A DNA stretch of 64,000 nt from Planctomycetota bacterium (GTDB lineage: Bacteria; Planctomycetota; UBA1135; UBA2386): positions 5,056,001 to 5,120,000 of the forward strand of contig JBKAGP010000001.1 in the NCBI GenBank assembly GCA_046290465.1, read 5' to 3'. Each line of letters opens with the position of its first letter. Position 1 is the first letter of the stretch. The notes below the pieces were generated by a model. That model did not search any database, was not told where the DNA came from, and saw nothing but the letters and a program-made list of their open reading frames with translations. Position numbers and translations under genes: made by a program. Positions 29,225-39,045 of the stretch are shown in pieces.

Positions 29225-30009
29225 CAGGCGACCGCCAGCCGGGCGCTGCTCGGGGCGCGCTGGCGAAGGCGCAGCCAGATCAGGCCGGCACCGCCGAGCG
29301 TCAGCAGCAACAGCCACATCTGGTCGCTGGTCTGCTTGTCGTTGCCGGCGGTCGCGATCGGCTTGCCGTCGGCGTCGAGATGCTCGACGACCGTCTCGAG
29401 CGAGTAGCGACCCTTGGCGTCGCGCTTCGCGGTGATCTTCTCGGTGATGCGCCGGGCCTTGCTGCCGTCGGCCACCAGCCCGCGCACCGTCGATCCCTTG
29501 ATCACCTGGACCTTCTCGGCCTTCTCGAGTTCGAGCACCTCCGGCCACTTCTTGGTCTTGGCGACGGTTGCGCGGTTGGCCTCGTCGACGATGACGAACG
29601 CGAACCCGACGTAGCGGCCGTAGACCCGATCGCTCAGCGCGAACGGTTCGCTGCGGTAGACGCCCGGCCAGCGGTTGAGGTAGACGAAGCGGTGCGGCGC
29701 GTTGGCGTCGCGCGGCGGCAGCCAGATGCGTTCGCCGACCTTCAGGCGCCGGGGGTCGGCGTCGGGGTTGAGGGCGGTGATGTCGTGCACGCGGCCGGCA
29801 CTGCCGAGCTTGCTGCGAGCGAGCTTCTCGAACGTGTCGCCCTTCTGGATCACGTACTGCACGCAGCAGTGCTCGTGGAGCAGGCTCAGGTCGTGGGTGC
29901 GGTCGACCGGGACGCTGTGGTGACCCTCCGGGATGATGTCGGGGATCGTGTGGGAGGTGGTCGCTGCGGGTGACGTTCCCAGCAGGCAGAGGAAGATCAG
30001 GCTCAGCAT
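29224..30009 (-). CDS. LysM-domain protein with C-terminal membrane anchor
   Basis: Signal peptide; YVIQKGDTFEKLA..ITALNP..LKVGERIWLP; C-terminal TM followed by RLRQR. Confidence 0.85.
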   Translation of the reverse strand: MLSLIFLCLLGTSPAATTSHTIPDIIPEGHHSVPVDRTHDLSLLHEHCCVQYVIQKGDTFEKLARSKLGSAGRVHDITALNPDADPRRLKVGERIWLPPRDANAPHRFVYLNRWPGVYRSEPFALSDRVYGRYVGFAFVIVDEANRATVAKTKKWPEVLELEKAEKVQVIKGSTVRGLVADGSKARRITEKITAKRDAKGRYSLETVVEHLDADGKPIATAGNDKQTSDQMWLLLLTLGGAGLIWLRLRQRAPSSARLAVA

Positions 30010-30133
30010 CGTTCGGACTCCTTGGCGTCAGCCGGTTCGGCCGCGCACCAACGATACGGCGTTGGAGCGGTTCCTGGGGAATCCGGATCTTGTCGAACGG
30101 TCGCGCGCGGATGCGAGTGGCGGCCTTGCCGGC

Positions 30134-31741
30134 CTACAACTCGCGTCCGCTGATGCCCAGGAAGGGCGCGTTCCTGCCGATCTTGCGCGCTGCTTCGTTC
30201 GCGGTGATGGCCGCCTGGACGAAGGCGCTGCGAGCGGTCCTCCGCTGCTCGTCGGTCGCTGATGAGGTCAGCCCGAGCCATTGCCGCTGCGCATCCAAGG
30301 CGAGCGCCACCGCCGAGTAGTAGCTCTCCTCGTCGGCCTGGCGGGCATCGCGCAGGGCGCGCTGGGACGACTCCAACTCTTCGATCTTGTCCAGCAGTTC
30401 CTTCTCCTTGGCGGTCGTGTAGATCTTCAGCTGGATCAGCTCCGTCGGCAGCGCGATCAGGCGCTCGACGACCTTGAGCGGGAAGTCGGCGGCCGCAGAG
30501 AACGAACTGGGGCGGTGCCAGTCGTGCGCCGTCACGACGCCGTTGCCGAAGGTTAGGTTCTCGGTCACCTTGACGAAGGTGGCGCGTTCGAACGGGATCT
30601 GCGAGATCGGCGCATAGTCGGTCACCAGGACCTGCTGGGTTGCCGCCGTGCTGCCTCGCACGGCGTAGCCGGCAGGCCGGGTCGCGTAGCCTCGCTTGCG
30701 CGCCAGCTTGGCCATCTCCGTTGCCAGGTGCGCGCCGAGGGTCGTCATCTCGGCTGGCACTTGCCGCAACTGGATCACCGCCCGATTCGCATGGACTCGC
30801 GCAGCTTGTTCGGCCGCGAGCGTGTCGAACTCCTTGTCCTTGCTCACCCGTGCTGTCAGAACGCCAGACTTCGCGCGGGCCGTTTCATGCTCGTCAGTGG
30901 TTCGCTCGACGGCTGCCTGGCGCTTGAGGGTCAGCGCCTGCTCGACGTCGGTGAGGTTGAAGTCAGGAGAGATCGGCAGGTTCCAGGTCAGTCTGCTGCG
31001 CGCCACGAACGGCTGCACGCCGCGCACGTAGACCCCGTTGATCGCGTCGGTCGACGGGGCGGCGACCGGCGCGGTGGCGATCGAGGGAGCTGGCGGTGCC
31101 TGGAGTTCGTCGGAACGGGTCAGTTCGACCTCCAGCGTCCAGCCTGGCGCCGGAAAGTCGGCGAACCTCGCCGCGATGACGCCGGAGTCGGGCAGCGCCC
31201 AGAAGCGGCGGTGCGTGCCGATCGCCGGCAGCAACCGGATGCGCAGGGCGTCGTCGAGACGATTCTCAGCCAGCTGGCGGGCCGTCGGGAGCTGCCACGA
31301 TTCGAGGTTGGCGGAGGTCACCTTCTCGGAATCGACACCGCCGGGCACGGGAACGCCCGTGGTGAGCTTGGCGATGCCGATACCGACCTCGAGGACCTTG
31401 CCGAGCCCCTCGAGCGTCTTGTCGTCGGCGGTCATCTGGATCGAGGAAAGCATGCCTTCCTCGGCCACCTTGATGTCGACGTCGTCCTCGGAGAACCACG
31501 AGTCGCGGCGCTGCAGCAGGAACTGCTGCCGCGGATCGGCAACCCGGTGCGGCACGACGGAAAGCGCGACGTCGAAGCCGCCGTCGTCCTCGGCAGGGGT
31601 CACACTGGCGACCAACTCGAGGATCGTCCGGGGCAGCGCGTAGCTGACGCCCTTGGCGTCCTTGGAGGGCTTGACGGTGCAGATCGGGCCGGCGCAAGAC
31701 GCCAGCGCCGCGGCGGTCACAATCGCGAGAGTGGGGCGCAT
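30134..31741 (-). CDS. Putative lipoprotein (DUF4831-like N-terminus)
   Basis: Lipobox ALASC; GVSYALPRT..GMLSSI..ADDKT pattern. Confidence 0.7.
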   Translation of the reverse strand: MRPTLAIVTAAALASCAGPICTVKPSKDAKGVSYALPRTILELVASVTPAEDDGGFDVALSVVPHRVADPRQQFLLQRRDSWFSEDDVDIKVAEEGMLSSIQMTADDKTLEGLGKVLEVGIGIAKLTTGVPVPGGVDSEKVTSANLESWQLPTARQLAENRLDDALRIRLLPAIGTHRRFWALPDSGVIAARFADFPAPGWTLEVELTRSDELQAPPAPSIATAPVAAPSTDAINGVYVRGVQPFVARSRLTWNLPISPDFNLTDVEQALTLKRQAAVERTTDEHETARAKSGVLTARVSKDKEFDTLAAEQAARVHANRAVIQLRQVPAEMTTLGAHLATEMAKLARKRGYATRPAGYAVRGSTAATQQVLVTDYAPISQIPFERATFVKVTENLTFGNGVVTAHDWHRPSSFSAAADFPLKVVERLIALPTELIQLKIYTTAKEKELLDKIEELESSQRALRDARQADEESYYSAVALALDAQRQWLGLTSSATDEQRRTARSAFVQAAITANEAARKIGRNAPFLGISGREL

Positions 31742-31870
31742 GGGGTGGTCTCCTTCCGAAACGAGGGCGCGGGCTGCGAGAGTCCTGCCCCGTCCATGGC
31801 GACGGTAGCGGGCGAGCCTCGCGGGGCCAATGCCGCTTTCGGGTCTACGCTCGGGGGGGGCTCTGGGCTT

Positions 31871-33121
31871 ATGGTGGGCGGCGTGACCGAGACGTTTGCA
31901 CCCATCCCCGAACTGCTGGAAGAGCTGCAGGCCGGCCGCCCGATCGTGCTGGTCGACGACCCCGACCGCGAGAACGAAGGCGACCTGTGCTTCGCCGCCG
32001 AGTTCGCGACCCCCGAGCTGGTCGCGCAGATGGCGCGCGAGGCCTGCGGGCTGATCTGCCTGGCGCTGGACAACAAGATCTGTGACCAGCTCGACCTGCC
32101 GATGATGGTCTCGCAGAACCGTTCGCGGTTCGGCACGGCCTTCACGGTGTCGATCGAGGCCGCCGAGGGCGTGACCACCGGGATCTCCGCCAAGGACCGG
32201 GCGACCACGATCCTGGCCGCGGTCGACCCGGACGCCAAACCTGCCGACTTGGCGCGGCCGGGCCACATCTTCCCGCTGCGCGCGGTCGACGGCGGCACGT
32301 TGGTGCGCACCGGCCAGACCGAGGGGATCGTCGATCTCTGCCGCCTGGCGGGGCTGCGGCCGGCCGGCGTGATCTGCGAGATCACCAAGCCCGACGGCGA
32401 GATGGCGCGCGTGCCGGAGCTCGAGACGTTCTGCCAGGAGCGCGGCCTCAAGATGGGCTGCATCGCCGACCTGGTCGAGTACCGGCGCCGCCGCGAACGC
32501 ATGATCGAGCGCGTCGCCGTCGCCAAGATGCCGACCGAGTACGGCGACTTCGACTGCCACAGCTACCACAGCCGCGTCGACGGCCGCACCCACATGGCGC
32601 TGACGGTCGGCATCGACCGGGTCGGCGAAGGCGGCCGGTTCGCACCGATCGACGACGACGTGCTGGTTCGGGTGCACTCGCAGTGCCTGACCGGCGACGC
32701 GTTCGGTTCGCTGCGCTGCGACTGCGGTCCGCAGCTGCACTCGGCGATGCAGCGCGTGCAGCAGGAGGGCCGCGGCGTGGTGCTCTACATCAGCCAGGAA
32801 GGGCGCGGCATCGGCCTCGCCAACAAGCTGCGCGCCTACGAGCTGCAGGACACCGGCATGGACACCGTCGAGGCGAACGTGCACCTCGGTTTCCGCCCGG
32901 ACGAAAGGGAGTTCGGGACCGGCGCCCAGATCCTGCACGACCTCGGCCTGCGCCGGCTGCGGCTGCTGACCAACAACCCCAAGAAGCTCGCCGGCCTGCA
33001 GGGCTACGGCCTCGAGATCACCGGCCAGGTGCCGCTGGTCGTCGAGCCCAACCAGCACAACCAGAAGTACTTGGATACAAAGCGCGAGAAGATGGAGCAC
33101 CTGCTGCCGAAGCCCGAGTAG
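31871..33121 (+). CDS. ribBA: Bifunctional 3,4-DHBP synthase / GTP cyclohydrolase II
   Basis: DDPDRENEGD, TAFTVSIEA, RPGHIFPL, RVHSQCLTGDAFGSLRCDCG, EGRGIGLANK, LLTNNP. Confidence 0.97.
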   Translation: MVGGVTETFAPIPELLEELQAGRPIVLVDDPDRENEGDLCFAAEFATPELVAQMAREACGLICLALDNKICDQLDLPMMVSQNRSRFGTAFTVSIEAAEGVTTGISAKDRATTILAAVDPDAKPADLARPGHIFPLRAVDGGTLVRTGQTEGIVDLCRLAGLRPAGVICEITKPDGEMARVPELETFCQERGLKMGCIADLVEYRRRRERMIERVAVAKMPTEYGDFDCHSYHSRVDGRTHMALTVGIDRVGEGGRFAPIDDDVLVRVHSQCLTGDAFGSLRCDCGPQLHSAMQRVQQEGRGVVLYISQEGRGIGLANKLRAYELQDTGMDTVEANVHLGFRPDEREFGTGAQILHDLGLRRLRLLTNNPKKLAGLQGYGLEITGQVPLVVEPNQHNQKYLDTKREKMEHLLPKPE

Positions 33122-33241
33122 GCGCGGGGCGCAGGTCCTGCCGGCCTCGAACGCGCCCTGCCAACGACCCGATGGCCCGCCGTCGTCGCCAAATGCGACC
33201 TCGCGGGAAGAATCCCCGCCGGGGTCCCTTCCAAGGGGCCC

Positions 33242-33868
33242 GTGTTCGCCTTGAAGCAACGTCCCGAGACCTCTGACCGCGACCTGATCGCCGCCGTGCT
33301 CGACGGCAGCGAGGCGGCCTTCGGCGAACTCGTCGACCGCTACAAGGACCGCGTCTTCCGGCTGCTGAGCCGCTACTGCCGCGACTCGGTCGAGTGCGAG
33401 GACCTGGCGCAGGACGTGTTCCTGAAGGTGTTCCGCAAGCTGCACACCTTCAACCACGACTCGCAGTTCTTCACCTGGCTCTACCGGATCACCTGCAACG
33501 CCGCGACCGACCACCTGTCGCGCGCCAGCAGCCGCCGCCTGCGCCTGGTCGAGGACACCAACGTGTTCGAGCGCGGCGACGAGGACCACGAGAGCCCGAC
33601 CGCGCCGCTCGAGGCGCAGGAGCTGCAGCAGGTCACCCGCGAGATCGTCGACCAGCTGCCCGAGAAGTTCCGCACCATCCTGGTGCTGCGCGAGTTCGAA
33701 GGCCTCTCCTACACCGACATCGCCGAGGTCCTGGACATCCAGCTCGGCACCGTCGAATCGCGTCTGTTCCGCGCCCGCCAGCGCTTCAAGGACGCCCTGA
33801 CCCGACAACACCCCGAACTGCTGCCGAGCGCGGGCGCCCCCGCGACGGCACGAGGAGCGAAGCGATGA
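33242..33868 (+). CDS. ECF RNA polymerase sigma-70 factor
   Basis: EDLAQDVFLKVF, FFTWLYRIT.N, LSYTDIAEVLDIQLGTVESRLFRAR. Confidence 0.93.
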   Translation: MFALKQRPETSDRDLIAAVLDGSEAAFGELVDRYKDRVFRLLSRYCRDSVECEDLAQDVFLKVFRKLHTFNHDSQFFTWLYRITCNAATDHLSRASSRRLRLVEDTNVFERGDEDHESPTAPLEAQELQQVTREIVDQLPEKFRTILVLREFEGLSYTDIAEVLDIQLGTVESRLFRARQRFKDALTRQHPELLPSAGAPATARGAKR

Positions 33869-34323
33869 GCCCGTCCCGCGACGATCTGATGGTCCAGCGC
33901 TACGTCGACGGCCAGCTGCCGGAGGCCGAGGCCGCCGCGTTCGCCGCGCGCATGCTGCAGGAGCCGTCGCTGCGCGAGCGCGTCGAGGAGCTGCAGCGGT
34001 TTGCGGTCGGCTTCGCCGAGGACGGCGATGCGATCGCGGCGCCGGCCGGCTTCACCGCCAACGTGCTCGCCGAGGTCCGGCGTCTGCCCGACCGCGCCGA
34101 GCTCGAGCAGATGGACGTCGCCGCCGGCGCCGTCAAGCTGTGCGTTCGCGTGCTGCTGGCGGCCGCGCTGATCCTCGGCCTCGGCCTGGCCTGGCACTCC
34201 GGCCTGCTCGACGGCAACCGCGCCGATACGCTCGAAGCCGCTCCCGACGCCATCGAGAAGGAGATGGACCGGCTCGACCAGCTGATCCTCGAGTCGATGG
34301 AGGAGCCGCGCCGCGGCAAGTGA
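33865..34323 (+). CDS. Putative anti-sigma factor (single TM)
   Basis: YVDGQL N-terminus and one TM; coupled to the ECF gene by ATGA. Confidence 0.75.
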   Translation: MSPSRDDLMVQRYVDGQLPEAEAAAFAARMLQEPSLRERVEELQRFAVGFAEDGDAIAAPAGFTANVLAEVRRLPDRAELEQMDVAAGAVKLCVRVLLAAALILGLGLAWHSGLLDGNRADTLEAAPDAIEKEMDRLDQLILESMEEPRRGK

Positions 34324-34733
34324 GCGTGAGCCAGCCGGTGCGGGTGTGGATCCTGACCGTCGCCCTCGGCAGCTTCGTCGCGGGTCTGGTGGTCGGGTTC
34401 GCCCTGCCGGAGCTGCTCGCCGCGCCGCGCATGTCGGACGGCCCCGAGGTCTACGCGCGGCACCTCGCCGACAAGTACGGACTCGACGCCGGCCAGTACA
34501 AGAGCCTGCTGATGGTGCTCCAGGAGGGCGAACGCCGCGAGCTGGAGATCCTCAAGAACGCCAACTGGAGCCAGCTGCCGCCCGCGATGCGGAGCGCCCG
34601 GCTGGAGGCCAACCGCAAGACAGAACAACGCATCCGTTTCGTGCTCGACGAGAGGCAGCGCGCCCTCTACGACCGCGACAGCAGACCCCCTGGTTCGAGC
34701 CCGCAAGCCGCGGGCGAACCGCAGAACAGGTGA
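34320..34733 (+). CDS. Membrane-anchored helical protein in the ECF operon
   Basis: N-terminal TM; VLDERQRALYD motif typical of Spy/CpxP-like helical proteins. Confidence 0.65.
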   Translation: MSVSQPVRVWILTVALGSFVAGLVVGFALPELLAAPRMSDGPEVYARHLADKYGLDAGQYKSLLMVLQEGERRELEILKNANWSQLPPAMRSARLEANRKTEQRIRFVLDERQRALYDRDSRPPGSSPQAAGEPQNR

Positions 34734-34737
34734 TCCC

Positions 34738-36795
34738 ATGGTGAGGAGTATTGGCATCGACTCGGGCGACCGGGCCGTCCACGTCGTCGAACTCGACGGC
34801 AGCTACCGCAAGACGCGGCTGGTCGACGCACACCACGCACCGATCGGTGCAAACGACGACCCGATGCGTCCGGACATCGTCGCGGACGCGGTCCGCGAGG
34901 CGCTGGACGGCGGCATGAAGGGGCCGCTGACCCTCGGCCACCCCTGCCGCGAGGCGGTGCTGCGCACCATCGAGCTGCCGTTCAAGGGGGCCGACGCGAT
35001 CAAGAAGGTCGTCAAGTCGGAGATCGAGGGCGAGATCTACACGCACTCGGTCGACGATATGGTGGTCGACTTCCACGAGATCGGCGCCGGCGCGAGCGGT
35101 GGCACGCGCGTGATGGTGGCGTCGGTGCCGAAGATCGGCCTGCGCAACCAGCTGACCTCGTTCGCGGCGCAGAACATCGACCCGGAGTCGATCGACCTCG
35201 ACACGATGGCGCTGTGGCGCGCCGCCGACTGGGTCGGCGCGCTGGAGTCGGACGACGACGCGGCCGGCGGCGACAAGCCGGTGCACGCGGTGATCGATCT
35301 CGGTTCGCGCAGCGTCAAGGTGATCCTGACCGAGGGGGACCAGCTGGTCGACATGCGCGTGCTGCGGCTCGGGGACCACGTGGTCGCCGACCAGGTCGCG
35401 CGCCAGCACGGCATCCACAGCGAGCAGGCCCGCGCGGCCATCGCCGAGAGCCTGCGCACCGGCAGCGACAGCTACGTCGACGTCGAGGCGGTGCCGCAGC
35501 TGGCGGCGCCCGCGGACGAGCTGGCCGGTGAAGAGACGGCCGGTGACGAGGTGTCCGGCGAAGGGTTGGCCGGCGAAGGGGCTGGCGGCGAAGCGGCGGC
35601 CGAGGCCGTCGAACCCGACGCGACGCCGTCGGTCGGCGCGACGCTGGTTCCGTACAGCGACATCGACGCGGCGCACACCAAGTACCTGAAGCGCCTGGCG
35701 CGCGAGCTGACCCGCTTCCTGACCGCGACCGGCATGGCCGCGCGGATCCGTTCGCTGTGGATCAGCGGCACCGCCAGCCGTGCTCCGGGTGTCAGCGAGA
35801 TGCTGCACGCGGTGTTCGGCGTGCACGCGCAGGAGCTGGACGTGCTGTCCCACCTGGCGCACGACCTCGACGAGGAGGAGGCGGCCGAGCTGTCGCCGCA
35901 ACTCGCGGTCGCGGTCGGCCTCGCGCTGGAGCGGCTCGGCGGGCCCGAAGGCTTCGAGCTGCGTCAGGAGGACCTCGCGCAGAAGGGCGGCTTCGACGTC
36001 ATCAAGTTCCCGCTGGCGATCGCGTGCATGGTCGGCCTGCTGGCGATGTTCGTGTTCGCCAACAAGAAGTCGATGGAGCTGAAGAAGCTCGAGCTCGAGA
36101 TCGGCCAGCAGCACATCGACCCGAAGCGCCCGAAGGCGGCGATCTTCCACGGCCTGCTGAACCCGCTGTTCCGCAACAAGTGGCTGGAGGACAAGCGCTA
36201 CTTCGGCATCAAGGGCAAGAGCGGTCGCACCACCTACGCGTTCGACGAACTGCTCGACGAGGTGTCGAAGGCGCCGGTGGCCGACCGCGTCGGCATCATC
36301 CGTCGCCAGATGCGCGCGGTCGCCAAGCAGAAGCAGAAGGAGACTGGCGTCTACGAGGACGTCAAGATCGAGTCGGGGCTGTCGGTGCTGGTGCGCTGGG
36401 CGGAGATGCTCAAGTCGGTCGAGCCGCAGCTCGGCCGCTACCTGGTGCCGTCGCTCGATCTCAACATGAAGCCGAAGTCGCGCAAGCTGACGTTCGTGGT
36501 GGCGTTCCGCGGCGAGGACTTCCGCGCCCGCAGCACCGTGCTGCAGACCGCGATCCGCGCCGAGGCCAACAAGGCGGACTCGCCGTTCCTGCAGCTCGAA
36601 GGCGTGCCGCCGGAGTCGCTGTTCACCGACCGCGACGAGACGGGGGTGACCGGTGCCTACTTCACGTTCGAGATCCCGATCAAGGAATCGTTCAACCCGT
36701 TCGGCCCGAGTGCGCGGGTCGGCGCGCTCGACGTCGCCAGACCGCAGCGTGACTACCTCGCGATGACCGACGACCGCACGGAGGAAGGACGATGA
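34738..36795 (+). CDS. PilM/GspL-like actin-fold protein fused to TM and periplasmic (PilN-like) part
   Basis: SIGIDSGDRAVHVVEL, AVIDLGSRS, LAVAVGLAL, then a TM and periplasmic domain. Confidence 0.8.
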   Translation: MVRSIGIDSGDRAVHVVELDGSYRKTRLVDAHHAPIGANDDPMRPDIVADAVREALDGGMKGPLTLGHPCREAVLRTIELPFKGADAIKKVVKSEIEGEIYTHSVDDMVVDFHEIGAGASGGTRVMVASVPKIGLRNQLTSFAAQNIDPESIDLDTMALWRAADWVGALESDDDAAGGDKPVHAVIDLGSRSVKVILTEGDQLVDMRVLRLGDHVVADQVARQHGIHSEQARAAIAESLRTGSDSYVDVEAVPQLAAPADELAGEETAGDEVSGEGLAGEGAGGEAAAEAVEPDATPSVGATLVPYSDIDAAHTKYLKRLARELTRFLTATGMAARIRSLWISGTASRAPGVSEMLHAVFGVHAQELDVLSHLAHDLDEEEAAELSPQLAVAVGLALERLGGPEGFELRQEDLAQKGGFDVIKFPLAIACMVGLLAMFVFANKKSMELKKLELEIGQQHIDPKRPKAAIFHGLLNPLFRNKWLEDKRYFGIKGKSGRTTYAFDELLDEVSKAPVADRVGIIRRQMRAVAKQKQKETGVYEDVKIESGLSVLVRWAEMLKSVEPQLGRYLVPSLDLNMKPKSRKLTFVVAFRGEDFRARSTVLQTAIRAEANKADSPFLQLEGVPPESLFTDRDETGVTGAYFTFEIPIKESFNPFGPSARVGALDVARPQRDYLAMTDDRTEEGR

Positions 36796-37418
36796 GCTTC
36801 TTCAAGGAAATGGATCTCTACAAGGGGATCATCCTGCTGTCCGTGATCCTGCTGCCGCTCGGCGGCTGGTGGATCAGCAACCTCGACGAGGAAATCAGCC
36901 AGTGTGAGGCGGCGCTGCGTCAGGCGACCAAGCGCGGCGGCTACATCGAGGAGATCGGCCGGCTGCAGAAGCAGATCGAGGTCGTCGCCAAGAACACGCG
37001 TTCGGACTCGATCATCCGCGACCCGCGGACCTACTTCGAAGGCCAGATCCTCGCGGTCAGCGAGAACCTCAAGTCGGACCACTTCTCGCCGTCGGCGCCG
37101 AGGGACGAGATGGTCACGATCGGTCGGCAGAAGGCGACCGACAAGGTGGTCACGATCGACTGGGGTCGCGGCAGCGATCGCAAGGAGGTCCAGATGGACT
37201 TCGTCTACGCGGTGCTGTTCAACTGCGAGTCGGGGGCGCGCGCCGGTGGCGGCGCGGTCAACGCCTCGCCGTCGGTCTGGCGCCTGCGCAGCCTCAAGCT
37301 CGCGAACGTCACCACCGACAAGATCCTCGGGCGGGAAAAGACGCCGCCGCCCGAACTCGAAGACCGGTGGTACATCCGAGAGATGAAGTTCGCGCGCCGC
37401 GAGCCGCGCGCGAAGTGA
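36792..37418 (+). CDS. Hypothetical PilO/GspM-like membrane protein
   Basis: N-terminal TM plus coiled coil; coupled to the PilM-like gene. Confidence 0.6.
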   Translation: MSFFKEMDLYKGIILLSVILLPLGGWWISNLDEEISQCEAALRQATKRGGYIEEIGRLQKQIEVVAKNTRSDSIIRDPRTYFEGQILAVSENLKSDHFSPSAPRDEMVTIGRQKATDKVVTIDWGRGSDRKEVQMDFVYAVLFNCESGARAGGGAVNASPSVWRLRSLKLANVTTDKILGREKTPPPELEDRWYIREMKFARREPRAK

Positions 37419-37864
37419 GCCGACGCCGGCTGGCGACGGCGGGCCTGCTGGTGCCGCTCATGTTCGGCGGCGCCTGCACGTCGGTGGTGCGCTACACCGA
37501 CGAGCTGGTCAGCAACCAGCACGGTCGCACCTACTTCACCCGGGCGCCGTCGGCGCTCGGTGGCGGGGTCGGGTTCACGCTCGGGATCCCGATGGACCTG
37601 CTGTCGCTGCCGGTGACGTTCGTCGTCTACCGTTCGCAGCCGCCGGCCACCCGCGACCCGCTGTCGGTGTTCCTGTTCCCGTCGTTCGTGCTGTGGAAGG
37701 TCGGCAACCTGTTCGGGGCGCCGTTCGACGCGGTCGAATGGGCGCTGTGGCGCTCGTGGCAGCCGGAGGTGCCGGTGACCGCCGAGGAGCGCGAGGCGAT
37801 CGAGCGCAAGTGGGACGCGCGCGAGTTCTCGGAGTATCCGGTCACGCCGATCTACCCGCGCTGA
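37415..37864 (+). CDS. Putative lipoprotein
   Basis: GTG start overlapping the previous stop; FGGAC lipobox-like; hydrophobic P-x-D-L-L-S-L-P segment. Confidence 0.65.
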   Translation: MSRRRLATAGLLVPLMFGGACTSVVRYTDELVSNQHGRTYFTRAPSALGGGVGFTLGIPMDLLSLPVTFVVYRSQPPATRDPLSVFLFPSFVLWKVGNLFGAPFDAVEWALWRSWQPEVPVTAEEREAIERKWDAREFSEYPVTPIYPR

Positions 37865-37937
37865 TCTAGCCGGGCTGGTCTAGCCGGGCTGGTCTAGCCG
37901 GGCTGGTCTAGCCGGGCTGGTCTAGCCGCGCTGGTCT
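37865..37937. repeat. Five tandem 14-bp repeats TCTAGCCGGGCTGG
   Basis: Units start at 37865, 37879, 37893, 37907 and 37921; the last has one mismatch. Confidence 0.92.
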
Positions 37938-38013
37938 TCGCGGCGGTCCGCAGCTTTTTGCTCCCGGAACCATTCTTACGGACCGGGGGCCGGTCCTCTA
38001 GATTGGGGCGGAC

Positions 38014-39045
38014 ATGGACGCTGCCTCGGTCGTGCTGAAGAAGTTGCGCGAGCAGGTGCTCGAGAACGACGGGGACGTGCCGCTGGCGCTGCTGCTCGAG
38101 CTGCTGGTGCCGGTCGAACGGCTGCGCGAGCTGGCGCACGAGTTCGGGGTGACGCCGAAGGGCGGCTTCCGGATCGAGCGGGCGCCGGCCAAGGTGCTGG
38201 CGCCGAAGCTGGCCGAGGAGCGCGACGGCAAGCGGCTGGAGCAGGTGCTGCGCACGATCGCCGAGCCGCCGACCCAGAAGGACGCGCCGCCGCCGATGGA
38301 CGAGCAGGCCCAGCGGCAGCAGGCCGAGTCGCTGCGCGAGGCGCGCGCGCTGCTGGCGCTGCGCGACCAGGAGGTGCAGCGGCTGCGCAGCGAACTCGAG
38401 CGTTCGCGCGAGGGGCAGTCGCGCGCGCAGGAACGCGAGCGCGAACTCGAACGGCAGCTCGGTGCCGCCCGCGACGAGCTGACCCGGGCGCAGCGCACGG
38501 CCGAGGAGGCGCGCCGCGCCGCCGACGCGCCGTCGCCGACGCCCCGCGACGACAAGCAGTTGCAGCACCGGCTGCGCGAACTCGAGGGGGAGCGCGAGGC
38601 GCTGCTCGCCGCCGACGAGGCGATGCGCCGCCAGCTGGCGCGCGACCGTTCGCGCCAGCGCGAGCTCGAGGACGAGGTCGCCGAGCTGGAGTCGCTGATC
38701 CCGGCGAGCCGCCGCCGCAAGAAGAAGCCGCTGCCGCCCGAGCCGCCGCAGGAGCGCCGCTTCCTGGTGCCCTACCTGCAGCCGTCGTTCTACAAGTCGC
38801 TCGACGGCAAGGAGCGCCGCTCGGTCGAGCGCGCCTGGCAGGCGCTGCTGCTGTTCTGCACCGAGGGGCACGGTTACCCCGGCCTCGAGGTCAAGCCGAT
38901 GGGCGGCCAGGACACCTGGAGCCTGCGCGCGTCGCTCGGCCTGCGCGTCTATTTCCGCCCGCGCTCCGACGGCGACATCGACGTGCTCGAACTCGGCAAT
39001 CGCGAGGACCAGCGCACGCTGCTGCGCCGGCTGAAGGACCGCTGA
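38014..39045 (+). CDS. Coiled-coil protein with C-terminal RelE/ParE-like domain
   Basis: Long E/R heptads, then PSFYKSL..HGYPGLEVKPM..WSLRASLGLRVYF..VLELGNRED. Confidence 0.7.
   Translation: MDAASVVLKKLREQVLENDGDVPLALLLELLVPVERLRELAHEFGVTPKGGFRIERAPAKVLAPKLAEERDGKRLEQVLRTIAEPPTQKDAPPPMDEQAQRQQAESLREARALLALRDQEVQRLRSELERSREGQSRAQERERELERQLGAARDELTRAQRTAEEARRAADAPSPTPRDDKQLQHRLRELEGEREALLAADEAMRRQLARDRSRQRELEDEVAELESLIPASRRRKKKPLPPEPPQERRFLVPYLQPSFYKSLDGKERRSVERAWQALLLFCTEGHGYPGLEVKPMGGQDTWSLRASLGLRVYFRPRSDGDIDVLELGNREDQRTLLRRLKDR

Noticed and set aside
31745..31870. FMN riboswitch upstream of ribBA
   Set aside because: The short divergent intergenic region lacks the RFN consensus (AGGGCGGGGTGAAATTCCC...).
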